Below are positions 34,656 to 51,404 of a stretch of 64,000 bases of DNA, piece by piece (positions within the stretch are counted from its first letter, which is position 1; each line of letters begins with the position of its first letter). This DNA is from the human T2T-CHM13v2.0 reference genome, Homo sapiens, in assembly GCF_009914755.1 (NCBI RefSeq), contig NC_060943.1; one strand, written 5' to 3'. Under the pieces are notes generated by a model. It searched no databases. It was not told where the DNA came from and saw only the letters and a list, made by a program, of their open reading frames with translations. The position numbers were made by a program, and so were the translations under genes.

Positions 34656-35292
34656 AATCTCTGTCCATGGTGCTGAAAGACCGGCGCCAGAAAATAGGGA
34701 ATTTCTGGATAGACTTGTCCATCAAGGCAGGAGAGGAGGCAAAATCAGTGGTGCCAGAGGCAACTCCGTCCCCACCCACAGCCTCTTTGAGTGGTAGATA
34801 TGAGGGGAAGGAGGGTGGATGTATACCACAGACACACACATACCCACATGCGCACAGACATACATATGCACAAAGATACAGATGCACCATCCACACAGAC
34901 GTGCATTCATACATGCAGAGACACACACAATTCACATGCATGCACTTCTCTAAGGATGGCCTGGAGTACACCAGCCCAAGATGCTCTATAAATGGAAGGT
35001 TTTCTGACAGAACAAGTTCAGAAAATGCTGCATGTTATCACCTACCCCTGCCCTGGCCCCCAGCCCCACCCGGGTATACAGAATCATAGTGGAAAGTTCT
35101 GAGCCGGGTGGGTGTGGGGGGCTAGTTTTATAATTCATCCAGTCGACTAAATCTTGGCTCAGCACCTTCCACCTGCCAAGTACTGTTCTGTGTATGAGAA
35201 AACTTCAATCCGGCAGGGCGCAGTGGCTCACACCTGTAATCCCTGCACTTTGGGAGGCCAAGGTGGGTGGACTACTTGAGGTCAGGAGTTCA

Positions 35293-35592
<300 letters not shown>

Positions 35593-38238
35593 CTACACTC
35601 TCCAGGCTACCCTTAGGGAAACGGGGCTGTATGGAATAAAATCATTTCCAGATCAACACTGCCTTCAGGCTGGGGAGTAAGCTGGGTGGAGGGTCCCTTT
35701 CCACTCACCTGTCTGGCCCTCACTCCCCCTGGGATTGCCTGTCACACCTGCCCCCTGCCCAGGACTCCTCCACCTCCTGCCTCCTGAGAGCCTCTTTTTG
35801 TCCCTTCAGCCCTTAGCTGTGTGTATCCCCTCCCAGCCCCCATGACAGCAGAGATTTGTGCCTGGTGAGGTCACTGCTGTGCCCCCATGCTTAGCAGAGT
35901 CCCTCACAGGAAAGAAGTGCCCGATAAACACCTAAGATTAAGTGGATCATCAACTCAGCAGGGGGCCGGGGGTGGGGGGCATGGGTGTCAGGACTTTAGA
36001 TCCAGATTAAGGTTCTACCACTTTACAAACCAGTAGCCTGGGCAGGCTGCTTCCTCTCCTCGTACCAGCTTCAGCAGCAGCAGCCGAGGAATGATGGCAA
36101 CCACACAGGGCCTTTGTGAGGACTGGACTCCGTAAGGGGCGTGAACGAGTCTGGGCGTGCCCTCCACCAAAGTGAGCATGAGAGGAATGGGGGCCGAAGG
36201 AACTTCTGCGGTCACTGCCAGGGTGGGTTTGTGAGCATGGAGCGGCCGCCTAGCCTCACCTTGCCGTGGGTGAGCAGCTCCAATGCAGGTGAACTACAGG
36301 GCCAACGGCAAGTGCCACAAGAACCCATGTTCCTTTCTTTACCTGGGACCCACGCCGTGCCTACTGGGCACGGAGCTGCTGCCCAAAACACATTTGTAGA
36401 ATGAGTGAGTGAGGGGTGGGCAATGACTACCTGAGTGCATGAATCAGTAACGGACAGCGTGTGACACCAAAGCACAGGTCAGGTGTTGGGTCCGGTGCAG
36501 GCTGATGTCAAGGTGGTCATGTGAGCTCGCTCAGTTCTGTATTACAAAGTGGGATGAGTAGTGCAGAGCTGGGATTTGAGCCTGGCTCCTCGCCCCTGCA
36601 TCTTTGCTCATGCCTGGGAGGGCAGCTCCAGTGAGTTAACACATGGCTTGGGGATTCCCCCCTCCACACACAGTCATACAAGGCAGGCAGGCAAGCTCTC
36701 CTTTCCACAGGGCAGGAAGCCAAGGGTCAGAGAGGTTAGTCCACTTGCCCAGGGTCACACAGCCTTAAGGGGCAGGGTGGAAACTTGCCCTGAATCTTTC
36801 TTGCTATAGGTGTCAGCTCCTGCCACCATATACTGGAGCAGGTAGAAGAGGCTGACCCGAGACTCAGTGTGCCCGACTTATGGGGCACCGAGCTGCCAAT
36901 TCTACCAGACAGGGCACCTCCCATCCTCCCAGGCCTCCAGAAGTGCCCAAGGCCAGAGCTCCACAGAAGGACCCTAGGAGAAGTGAGCAATGCTTCCTCA
37001 GTCTTTGCTAACCCAGCCCACTCTGAACTGCCAAGGTTCACCCCCTCCTTTCGAGTGACCTGAAATTTCAAAAACTGACATGCAATACCAATTATCTAAG
37101 CAAGGCTCTGGCCACTTGAGAACACGCTTTTTTGATCCACAATCACTCCCTAGTCCTCTAACAAATCCTCCAGGATCTGTAGACCATCAGTGGCCCTGGT
37201 TTCTAAACCCCCTGCCTCCAGATGAGGCCCCAGGACCCTGCTCAAGCACATCAGGGTGTGAAAGGGCAGATTAAGGGCTCTAACTGGAAATCCGAATTTC
37301 TCCTTCAAGTCCCCCTCTACTATGAAACCCCCAAGTCAAAGACGCCTGCAGCTTGCCGCCTCCAATCGCTCCTGAGTAATCGCAGCCTTCAGCCAGGTTG
37401 AAAATACCCCTTTGGGACCCTCACTGCGGCCTCCCAAGGCCCCAGGAACATGGGTCCTCAGGACCTGGGCTGTGGGTCCAGGAAACCAGTCGCCATGGTC
37501 GAGCCCCCTTCTGATCATGAACAACAGCGCTCACCTGGCAGGGCGGCTGCAGCGGCTCTACGGGACCAAGCCCCTCGGGCACGCGCACTGCCTGAAATGC
37601 CCTAAGCGCTCAGCTGGACTGTGGCATACCCGCCCTCTCCCCCAGCCCCTGGCTGGCTCGTCTGCCTGGCCCCTGCAGCAGAGACAGCTGAGCGCACCAT
37701 CCTCCTCCCGTAGGGGGCGGGGGGTCCTGTCCCCGGAGCGGCAGCCGCCGGGACCTCATCTCCCAGCCTCCTTCGCAGGGAGCCGCAACCACGGGACCAG
37801 CCCCGTGAACGACCCAGGTAGGGGGACGTGCGCCCTTTGCAGTCAGAGTCTCCGCCAGAAGCTGGAGGCAGGAGGAGGGTGCTTTTGGGGTTAGGGGCGG
37901 GGGCCACACGATAGGAGTGGAGGAAGCCAGCCGCCCCTGTGAGAGGGTGGTAGAAGCCGTGGGGGCTCCTTCCCCTGCAGCGGGCAGGCCTGGCCCTGAC
38001 CAGTCTGCCCTGCCCCATCTACAAGCGGCTCCCAGGCCCTGTGAGTGCCCGCACCATAGTGAGGATATCCGCGGACAGGCCCCCCTGCCTAGAGCCCTCC
38101 GCGGGCGACCCAACGGGCCACTCCCGGGGCGCGGCTGACACTCTGCTGCTGCCCCGGCGAGAGCCTCCGTTTACCCCTCTTGCCCTTCTCCCTCCCGGAC
38201 TCAAGAACCACGCAGAGGGGGACATTTGGATAGTGCCG

Positions 38239-38244
38239 TTTATT
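38239..38244 (-). terminator. ZNF787: ZNF787 polyadenylation signal AATAAA
   Basis: tttatt on +, ~630 nt downstream of the stop; first canonical hexamer in the GC-rich 3'UTR. Confidence 0.8.
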
Positions 38245-38875
38245 GTTCCAGCACCCCTTCCTCCACCACGCCCAGGCCTGGGACAAACGGGCACCCGCCT
38301 CCTGCGGCGCTGCCTCTGCTACCCGGAATCCAGGAGGGGAAGGAACGACTCGAGCTCTAAGGATGGGACCCGGAAGGCAGAAAAAAATAATGGATTGGGG
38401 CGGGCGGGGAGTCAAAAGGTGGGCTGATTAAAAGAAAATTCTAAAAGAGAAAAGGGCCCCTGGTTCTCTTCCCTCTCTGGGATCCTCTAAAGGGCCTGGT
38501 TTCTCCATTCCTCGCAGCACCCCCCACCCCCGCCCCGGACAACTGAGGAAGGGCAGGGAAAATGGCCTTCCGCTTGGGGCCTGGTCGCCACTCGGCCTCT
38601 GCAGTTCTCTCCATTGTCTCTCCGGCTCGCAGGCCGATAACTTAGGAAGGGCGGGCCAGGCTGAGGGGGCAGAGTCTCGAGGCGGAGAAGTGAACGGGCC
38701 CTAATACGCCCCAGTGCCCCCCCACGGACGGCGCAGGGACAGAGGAGGGCGGGGAGCCGGGGATGCCGCGGGGTCCATCGCACCCCGTCCGCTTCTCCCT
38801 GGGTCTCTTGGTCTTGCACGTCGTCGCTCCCGCCAAGCCCGAGGGGCCCTGCCCGCCCCCCCCCGGGCCCCTCCC

Positions 38876-40066
<1,191 letters not shown>

Positions 40067-41317
40067 TCAGAGTGTGCATCACTCCCTGCATTTTACTAAG
40101 TATTTATTACCCCTCTCCCCAGCTAAGACCTCAGCTCTGTGTGAGTTAAGACCCTCAGTTTACCCCCAACCTCTAGAACAATGCCCCAGACACAGAAGGC
40201 CTGGTCTGTAAACAACCAGGCAACATAAGAGGCATGGGCGAGGGGCGGGATCCACGGAAGGCTCCCAGAAAAGGACCCCGAAACCCAAAACACCAGCCTG
40301 GACGCCGGGGGCAGAGGATGAGGAAGGCTCACGGGCAAAGGTTCCACTAGGCAGAGGGGCCGCAGGGCTTGAATGCAGCCCTGGACACCTGGTCCTGAGC
40401 CAGGGAGTGGGTTTGGCACCCTGAAGACGTGCCCGCCAGGGAGCGATGGTGTCACATTCGGGCTCCAGGAAGACAATCCTGGCTGCAGACAGGTAATGGG
40501 ATTGGAGATGAGCATGAAAGCCCCACCTCCGAACCTGGGAGTAAAACCTGGCTCAACGCCACCTCCATTACAGAGGCTATGGTCAGCCCCTGGTGTGGGG
40601 GCTCCTGTCTGCTCAGTGAGGACAATTCGGGCACACAGGGCTTTGCCTGCACATCTTTACACTGAGGACGCCCTTCCAGCAGTCAACGAGGCCTTTCACA
40701 CTTCTGCACCAGGCCTGCCCCTGGGGGCTCTCCCGGGAGGGATGGGCTTGCCTCCTCCCCAGCTCATTCACTCCTGAGAAGAGTCCGTGTGCAGCTTCTA
40801 CATTTGCTCTCCCTTGGGGCCTGGTCCAGAGCAACAGAATCAGGTGGGAGGGCCTCAGCAAGTGCATCTCTGACCCCCGTGGACACCCCAGGTGCACCCC
40901 ACAGGGTTTTTTCAAAGCCATGAATCACAATTACAACGTTCTCACTCCTGACCTTACTAGACTGTAAGCTCCTAAGTCTCTATCCCAACACCTGGCACGG
41001 TGGTGCCCAGCACACAGAGCCCAAACACCCTCCCAGATGCCACGCTGGCAAACACGCAAGGAAGGGCCATGACGCCCCCCTGCGCTACACACTTCAGCGT
41101 CAGGTCCTCATAAGCTGGGAGCACAAAACTGAGCCTTTACAAGGGAGAAACTGAGGCACTAGGGAGTCGAGTCACGGCCCACAGCTACACGACTGCAAAG
41201 TGGCAATGCCCAGAAGCGCATTAGTAGACTGGGTCCAAGAAACAGCCATCTACCACTAACTGCGGCCGCCCACCGCTAAATCCCCCACCCACAGGCAGCA
41301 CACCCTACACGCTAAGG

Positions 41318-41871
<554 letters not shown>

Positions 41872-42749
41872 TCAGGAAGGGGGGAGCCTTCTGGAGAGAT
41901 GGCATGGAGCCCACTGCGTTGTCAACATAAATCAAAAAATGTTGTAAGTTATAAGCACATTACTTAAAGATGTAGAGAGAATTAAAAACAAACATCAGAA
42001 GCTATTTGCCCCGGGGCAGTGTGACTGAAGGGGACAGAAAGGGACGGGCAGGAAAGAGATTTGTTGTCACCGTAAACCGAGCCATACTATCTGAACCTTA
42101 CAAGTGCTTCTACGCCTTTAATTAAAATAACTGCTTTGTTTTCGAAGCTGTGAAGAAAGAAAGTGTAGCAATGCTCCCTGTGACTCAGCTATGAATAGCA
42201 TTTATTCATGACGACATGAATTCTGAACACAAAACTTGTGACACAGTGGCAGCTAAGACAGGGGCACTGGGGCGGGTGTGCAGTACGTGGAGAGCGCAGT
42301 GAGTGGAGAGTGGGGAGAGGATGTGGGAGCCATGTCCTCACCTCCCATTAGATTTGCAACTATCAAAGCAATTTCATGAGCTCTTTACCTAGAACCAGGG
42401 AGAACCCCAAAGAGTGCATGGAGGGGCTCCTTCCTCTAGAGGCAAACTGGGAGTGGGGAAGGCAGGAGGTGGGAGCTGTTTTCTGCTTTAGGCCGTAGGC
42501 GATCTGGCTTCTCTACAAGCATCTCTGCACTACTTTTTCTAAGTACGAGTTAAGCACTGTTAAATGGACAGGGTTTAATTACTTAAAAGGCAGGGCTCTT
42601 TTACATCTTGCAGATTCCTGGGCTCTGCGCAAACCTTCCCGTGCTGCATCTCAGTAAGGCCCAGGAAACCGCGCTTCACAGGCACAGACTGGTTTCTGAC
42701 AAGAGGCTGCGTCTGCACCGCGCATGGGCCAAGATGAGCCGCTCCACTT

Positions 42750-42929
42750 GCCGCAGCCGCAGCCGCAGCCGCAGCCGAAGCCGAAGCCAAAGCCAAAGCC
42801 GAAACCGAAACCGAAACCGAAACCGAAGCCAAAGCCGAAGGCGAAACCGAAGCCAAACGGAAGCCAAAGCCGAAACCGAAGCCGAAGCCGAAGCCGAAGC
42901 CTCACCCTCACCCTCACCCTCACCCTCAC
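42750..42929. repeat. Compound hexanucleotide repeat (GCCGCA)4-(GCCGAA/GCCAAA/ACCGAA)~21-(CCCTCA)4-5
   Basis: Direct reading. Confidence 0.95.
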
Positions 42930-43519
42930 AGGAGCAATGAGGCTAACAGCCTTCTCCACCTCACAGCACCATCTTTAAAGGGATTCAACGAATTCCCAGC
43001 AAGAGAAGAGCACGGTGAGGAGCACAAGAGTTCTCATTCAATTAAAAAAATAAGAAACAATGAGGGCCGGGGCCACTCTGATGGTGGCAGCAGTTACCCT
43101 TGGGGGAGGGCAGTGTCCCCAGACGCCTGGCCCTGGGCTAAATGTGTTCCGTGGATTACCACATTTAATCCATGGCCAACACTATCACTGTCCTCTCACT
43201 GAAGGACTCAGCTGAGGTCCCGAGGGGATGGGCTGGGGGGCGGTCCTCCACTCCAGATCCCCTACGCCCCAGGCTCTACCTCTACGCCTCCTGCCCCACC
43301 TGCAGCACCACTACTCCAGGAAGCCCAGGTTTCCCCTCCACGGGAGATAAATGTTTCTAGAGCAAAATCTGGAAATGCTTTTTTTTTTTTTTTTTAAGAT
43401 AAAATTCCTGAGTTCACACTGATACTTCCCATAGAAATTCAGGACTAAAGTTTTCATTCATCCTTTTCTTTGTGACATCTGCACCTCCCTTCAGCCCCAC
43501 GGAGAATCCTGGTTCTCAA

Positions 43520-44215
43520 GGACATAGGGGATGACAGAACTGGAATATCCCACAGACGCAGGGGATGGCGGGAGTGGGATACCCCACAGACACAGGGGAT
43601 GACAGAGCTGGAATATCCTACAGACACATGAGATGGCGGAATTGGGATACCCCATAGACGCAGGGGGTGGCGGAAGTGGAATATCCATAGACACAAGGGG
43701 TGGCGGAAGTGGGATCCCCATAGACACAGGGGATGGCGTAAGTGGGATACCCCATAGACACAGGGGGTGGCGGAAGTGGGATCCCCATAGACACAGGGCA
43801 TGACGCAACTGGGATACCCCATAGACACGAGATGGCGGAAGTGGGATACCCCATAGACACAGGAGGTGGCGGAAGTGGGCTACCCCATAGACACGGGATG
43901 GTGGAAGTGGGCTACCCCATAGACACGGGGTAGCGGAAGTGGAATATTCCATAGACACAGGGGATGGCGGAAGTGGGATATTCCATAGACACAGGGGATG
44001 GCGGAACTGGGATATTCCATAGACACGGGGATGGCGGAAGTGGGATATCCCAGACACAGGGGTTGGCAGAAGTGGGATATTCCATAGACACAGGGGATGA
44101 CAGAATTGAGATATTCCATAGATACAGGGGATGGCGAAAGTGGGATATTCCATAGACACAGGGGATGGCGGAAGTGGAATATTCCATAGACGCAGGAGAT
44201 GGCGGAACTGGGATG
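43520..44215. repeat. 32-34 bp minisatellite, ~21 copies
   Basis: Unit ggggatggcggaagtgggata(c/t)(c/t)ccatagacaca. Confidence 0.95.
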
Positions 44216-44868
44216 CCCTATATTACAACCCTCTTGCTGGGTGCACACGCGATCTCAGGGTAACAATGCTACTGCTACCACTGCCAGGCACAACTCCTGG
44301 ACTGTGCTGCACGCACCGTCCTCCTTCCCCTCAGTGTTTTCTCGGCTGCATCCCCTCCGTCAGGTGCAGGTCTTGGCCGACTGAGACATGTTCGGGCTCA
44401 GGAGACTGACCTGCTCACACCCTCCTCCCATCCCTTTCCCTGGTCAGTTGTCTGAGGCTCATTCGCTTTTAGGTTCCTCAGGAAGGGCACAGAGGAACGG
44501 GGTTCACAGGGCTGTTGCTGGGTAGCCTGTCTGTACCCTTCCCATCTGAAGGTCCCTTTTCCGTGAGTCATAATGCCATTTTCTCCTGGCATAAAGTGCT
44601 AAGTCCGAGCATAGTCATGTTGACTTTCCAAGTCTTCCACGCTTTCTGCCACGAAGGATCGGTGACTTCCTTTAGCGTCCAGCAATTCTAACGCAACCAT
44701 CTGTGATTTGCTCTTTCAATGCGCAGCTTTCATGTGTTAAGGGGTGTTCCTTGAATGAGTTTTTACTATCCGCTCTATTCTTTTGCTTTGGGTCTCTTCT
44801 TCAGGGACTCTGCCTATCCATATGTTGGATTTTCTTTTCCTAACTTGTTTCCTTTAAAACTGTTTTAA

Positions 44869-45349
<481 letters not shown>

Positions 45350-45538
45350 TGATCCTCCTTCTTGCCTTCAATTTTTTTAAAGAACGATGTTTTTATTCTT
45401 GAGTTCCTTCTACATTAGTCTTCATTCTGAAAGGTTTTTGTTCTTATTTGCAAATCTTTGCCGAGGCTGCCCCCTCCTTTCTGAGTTTGTGATTATGCTG
45501 TTCTTTCACACGCTGCACTGCCTCAGCTCGTTCACAAT

Positions 45539-46172
<634 letters not shown>

Positions 46173-47330
46173 TACTAAATGATCTTGATCTTGTTGGGAT
46201 GCACTTCCGGCCTGCCTATCTGTAGAAATGCCATCCTGTCCCTTATCTTTTTTATTATAATCACTTTTGGGAAGGTTGAACTCAGTATTTTTCTGTTGCT
46301 CATTTTATGTATAAGTTTCCTTGAATTTCTAGGAGGCGGCTTGGTTCAGGGTAGCTGTTCTAACTTCTCAGAGGTTCTCACACAGCAGGTAAAAACGCTG
46401 CAACCAGCCTGCACAGATGCACACACTCCAGCCGCTGTCCCCACTGTCATCAGGACCTTCTCCTGCCTTCCTCTGTTGCCAAGGACAGGGGCCCTGCTCG
46501 ATTCTGATTCCTCACATGAGGTTCTGCCCTGCACAGCACTTTACCTGGTTGCTTAGAGAGCTGCAGGGCCTGAGCTGCCCCAGCCCCTTTTGGGCCTTCC
46601 CACCAGCCTCTCTCCCCACTACCCTGGTTTGGACAAAACAGCTCCTACTTCAGCTGCTGGTCCTAAAGTGACCCCGACTCCCCTGCCCAGCTTTGCAGTG
46701 AAGACCTGCAGGCTGTCTGTGGCTCTCCTCTGCTTCCCTCCTCCCAGTCAGATGCTAACACCACACAGGCCTCGGTGGTTTATCCTCATCCAGCTGTATT
46801 TTGCAACTCATGGGGATAACTTAGGACCTAGTAACTTTGCAACTGTGATCCAGGGAACTTGAGTTTTGCTACCTGGTTGCCGTGTTTTTATGCAGGGATA
46901 CAGGAGATTCAAGGGCCACGCTGTGGCTGCTCTGCCATCACCCAACACTCAGAACTGTCATCTGGCCGGGCACGGTGGCTCACACTCGTAGTCCCAACTA
47001 CTTAGGAGGCCAAAGCAGGAGGTTAACTTGAGCTCAGGAAATTGAGACCAGCCTGGGAAACATAGTGAGACCCCGTCTCTAAAAAAATAAAAAAATAAAA
47101 AAATAAAAAAATAAAAAAATAAAAAAATAAAAAAAACTAGCTGGGTGTGGTGGCGTGTGCCTGGAGTCCCAGCTACTCAGGAGGCTGAGGTGGAAGGACA
47201 GCTTGAGCCCAGGGGGTCAAGGCTGCAGTGAGCAGAGATGGCACCACTGCACTCCAGCCTGGGCAACAGAGCAAGACCCTGTCTCCAAAAAATAAAAAGA
47301 GATAGGCTGGGCCGCTCATGCCTGTAATCA

Positions 47331-47746
<416 letters not shown>

Positions 47747-49276
47747 TTATTTCGTTATCTGAACAGCTCTGAGGCTGCCTGAGCTGTCGCTGCCCGGTCC
47801 CACACCCCTCACCCTCTCAACATCGGGAACTCCATCTGGGGTCATCAGGAGAAAAGGCCCCAGGAGGCAGGTTAGGAAGCGCCAGTCAGCCTAGAGCCAT
47901 GGGTCTCACCCTCCTGAGATCTTCAGGAGCCCCGGCCTCAGCCTGCAGGAGGCTGCATGCCACCCACCAGCCCCCAGCTCCACGGCCCAGGCAGGTGTCT
48001 CGGCCCTTTTTTCCCAGCACCCAGACCTCATGGGGTTTTGTGCAAATCCAACAAGGTAACCACCTAAGGGGGCTGCACTGACTGCAGGCACACAGGACGT
48101 GATTATGAAGTGCCGGCCATTATTCCTACCAGTATTAGCTCAGAGGATCTGAACACACCTCCCAGAAATACTCAAATACAGAAAAAAATCACAAAATTTC
48201 TAAGGTTTCAAAAACGCCCCAGGTCAATCTATCTAACCAGAAAGAACACTGGCTTTGTGGCTTTTCCAATCTCACATGCAGTTCTTCACCGTGCTACACG
48301 TGGGAAACGCCGTGCTGTGAACTTCACGCCCACCACAGGCCACGCCTCGCGTCTCCACTGCGGGCCTCAGCCCGGCAGGCAGTAGGATGGACTGCGTAGA
48401 CGGCGGCCAGCATGTAAATGAAACGGAATGGAGGCAGGAGGAGGAAACACCCGCACGTGCTGCTAGCACAGGAAGAACTGTTCTGTGGAACTTTTATTTT
48501 GGTCTCCTATAAAATCCGTACGTTTCTTTTTATCTGGCTGTGTTCCTGCGTGCAGGCACGGCGCGAGGGATCAACTATCCCCGGCCCTGACGGCAAAGGC
48601 GCTGCAGAGCCAGTTTACTAAAATGAAGGAAGCCGAGACCCCAGGGACAAAGCCACCTGGCCCAGGGGACACACAGCACCCTGCTGTGCCACGTCTCTCA
48701 GGGGCCTTCTGGTCATCAGCAGGGGCAACCCTACTGGAGTGACCTCCAGTAAGAGATGGGGTGGGGAGGTTCAAACCTTTGGAATTTCGGGAGGCTTGGG
48801 GGAGAAGAGGCATGGAGACTTTTGTTCAGACAACCTCATGCTGAAGCCCGGCCTGCTAAGCCCAGCAATGGCACCCCCGGTCAGCACCCGAGGCCCCACC
48901 CCCGACCCAGGTCTCCAGGGACACTGAGGCAAAGCCATGGGCCTGGGTGAAGGAGCCTGGGGCCCATACAGCTCCATGGAAGGAACATGTGCCAGGGGTT
49001 CCTGGCACGCTGCTCTCCCCACAACAGCCACAGAAAGCTTTCCAACCACCCAAGCCTCCCTGGGGACACCTCTGAACAGGGGACATGGCCGGGAGCTACC
49101 CACAGTCCAACTCCTTTCCTCTTCACAAGAAGGTCCCAAGTGTGGGCTGCCTGGGATTCCTCTGGATCGTGGGGACCCACCTGCCCTGGCCAGTGAGGCC
49201 TGCCTGGGAGCTTCAGAACCCATTCTCCTCTCACACTCCTCAGAAGGAGAGGCCCAAAGACAGGCAACCCCATGCT

Positions 49277-49692
49277 GCAGGGTGATGCCGCCCAGGTAAT
49301 ACGGCCGCAGGGTGATACGGCCGCAGGGTGATTACGGCCGCAAGGTGATGCCGCCCGGGTGATTACGGCCGCAGGGTGATACAGCCGCAGGGTGATGCCA
49401 CCAGGGTGATATGGCCGCCGGGTGATGGAGCCTAGGTGATACGGCCACCAGGTGATTACGGCCGCAGGGTGATGCCGCCCGGGTGATTACGGCCGCAGGG
49501 TGACACGGCCGCAGGGTGATGCCGCCAGGGTGATACGGCCGCTGGGTGATGGAGCCTAGGTGATATGGCCACCGGGTGATTACGGCCGCAGGGTGATGCT
49601 GCCCGGGTGATTACGGCCGCAGGGTGATACGGCCGCAGGGTGATATGGCCACCCGGGTGATACGGCCGCAGGGTGATGGAGCCTAGGTGATA
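49277..49692. repeat. 14-17 bp CpG-rich minisatellite with ~125-bp higher-order period
   Basis: Core acggccgcagggtgat; variant ggagcctagg recurs at 49427, 49551, 49678. Confidence 0.9.
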
Positions 49693-50220
49693 AGGCGGCA
49701 CCAGAGAGAAGTGGCACAGCAGGACACTGCCGGAGCTTCCTGGGGACCCACCACCTGGGGCTGAGGCACTGCCTCGGTGTGGCCAGGACGTCACAGCGAG
49801 GGGCCCAGAGACAAGCGGCTCTCAGGAGAGAGGCCACCCTGGATCTGTCCCGCCTGCAGGCCAGCTGCCCGAGAACATATCAAGTCCTTCTGGGCTAGGC
49901 CACTGCTGTCCGGGTTCCCTGTAATCAGCAGCTGAGAGCGTCCCCACTGCCCAGTGGCTTCCCAGGGCCCTCGAGCCACACTGCCACATCCCCTGCAGGG
50001 CAGCCCAAAGCCCCTTCCTCCGTGAACGAAGCCTTGCCTGGCCCCCAAGACGGGACCCTCTGGTTGAACAGTCTGCACCCTGAGCGACCTGGTGCCCCAG
50101 GGAGTGATCTCCAGGAAGCTGAAGGACAGGCACGCAGGGGAGGGGACATGGGGACATTTCTGCTGAGACAGCATTTCATGGAGCAGAGAGCTGGCGGAAG
50201 GGGACAGAAAGGGGGAGTCA

Positions 50221-50691
<471 letters not shown>

Positions 50692-51404
50692 TCAAGCCAG
50701 GACACCTTCACAGGGTTCTGAGCACGGCGCCGGGATCTCGCCTCCTCCCCAAGAGGCTCAGGAGGGGACAAGGATAGGGACAGAGGTCGCAGGAAGGCCA
50801 GTGCGCCGTGACTGTGTGTAAGGCCACAGGGCTGGGGCCGTGGTGGGAAGAAGCGACCATACTCGGGATGTATTCCCAGAGCAGGTGCCGGGACACACGG
50901 AAGTCAGGAGCTGAGGAAGGGTCCGGGGTGAGGGCCCGCTGGTCCACGGCATCTACCCCAAGGCCTCTCTGTGCTGAGTGCCTGCAGCCTGGCTCGGGTG
51001 GCACCCTCCCTCTTTGGCACTCCAACCAGCATCTCCTGCCTCCAACACAGGACATAGACACCCTGCCCCATGCCCCAGCACTGCAGGGCTGGGGTTGGCA
51101 AGTGCTCAGGCTGGACACCTCCTGCTGCTGGTTCTCTCTGCCTCCTTCTCAACCTTCCCTAGGCCACTGCTCACATGCAGGATGGTGAAAGTTGCCTCCT
51201 CCCTGTCTGAGGACCCCACAAGGTAGGCTGAGGGCCTGGACGCTAATTCCGCAGAAGAGGCTGGGGCCAGGTGGGCTGCGAGCCCTGCTGGTTCCCTTTT
51301 CTCTGCCTGGCGGGCATGCTCCCCTGCCCCTCCAGGGTATGCTCCTCTCCAGATGCCTGCCCCATGGGCCCCCATATCCCTCAGCAATAGGCTAGAGGAA
51401 AAGG

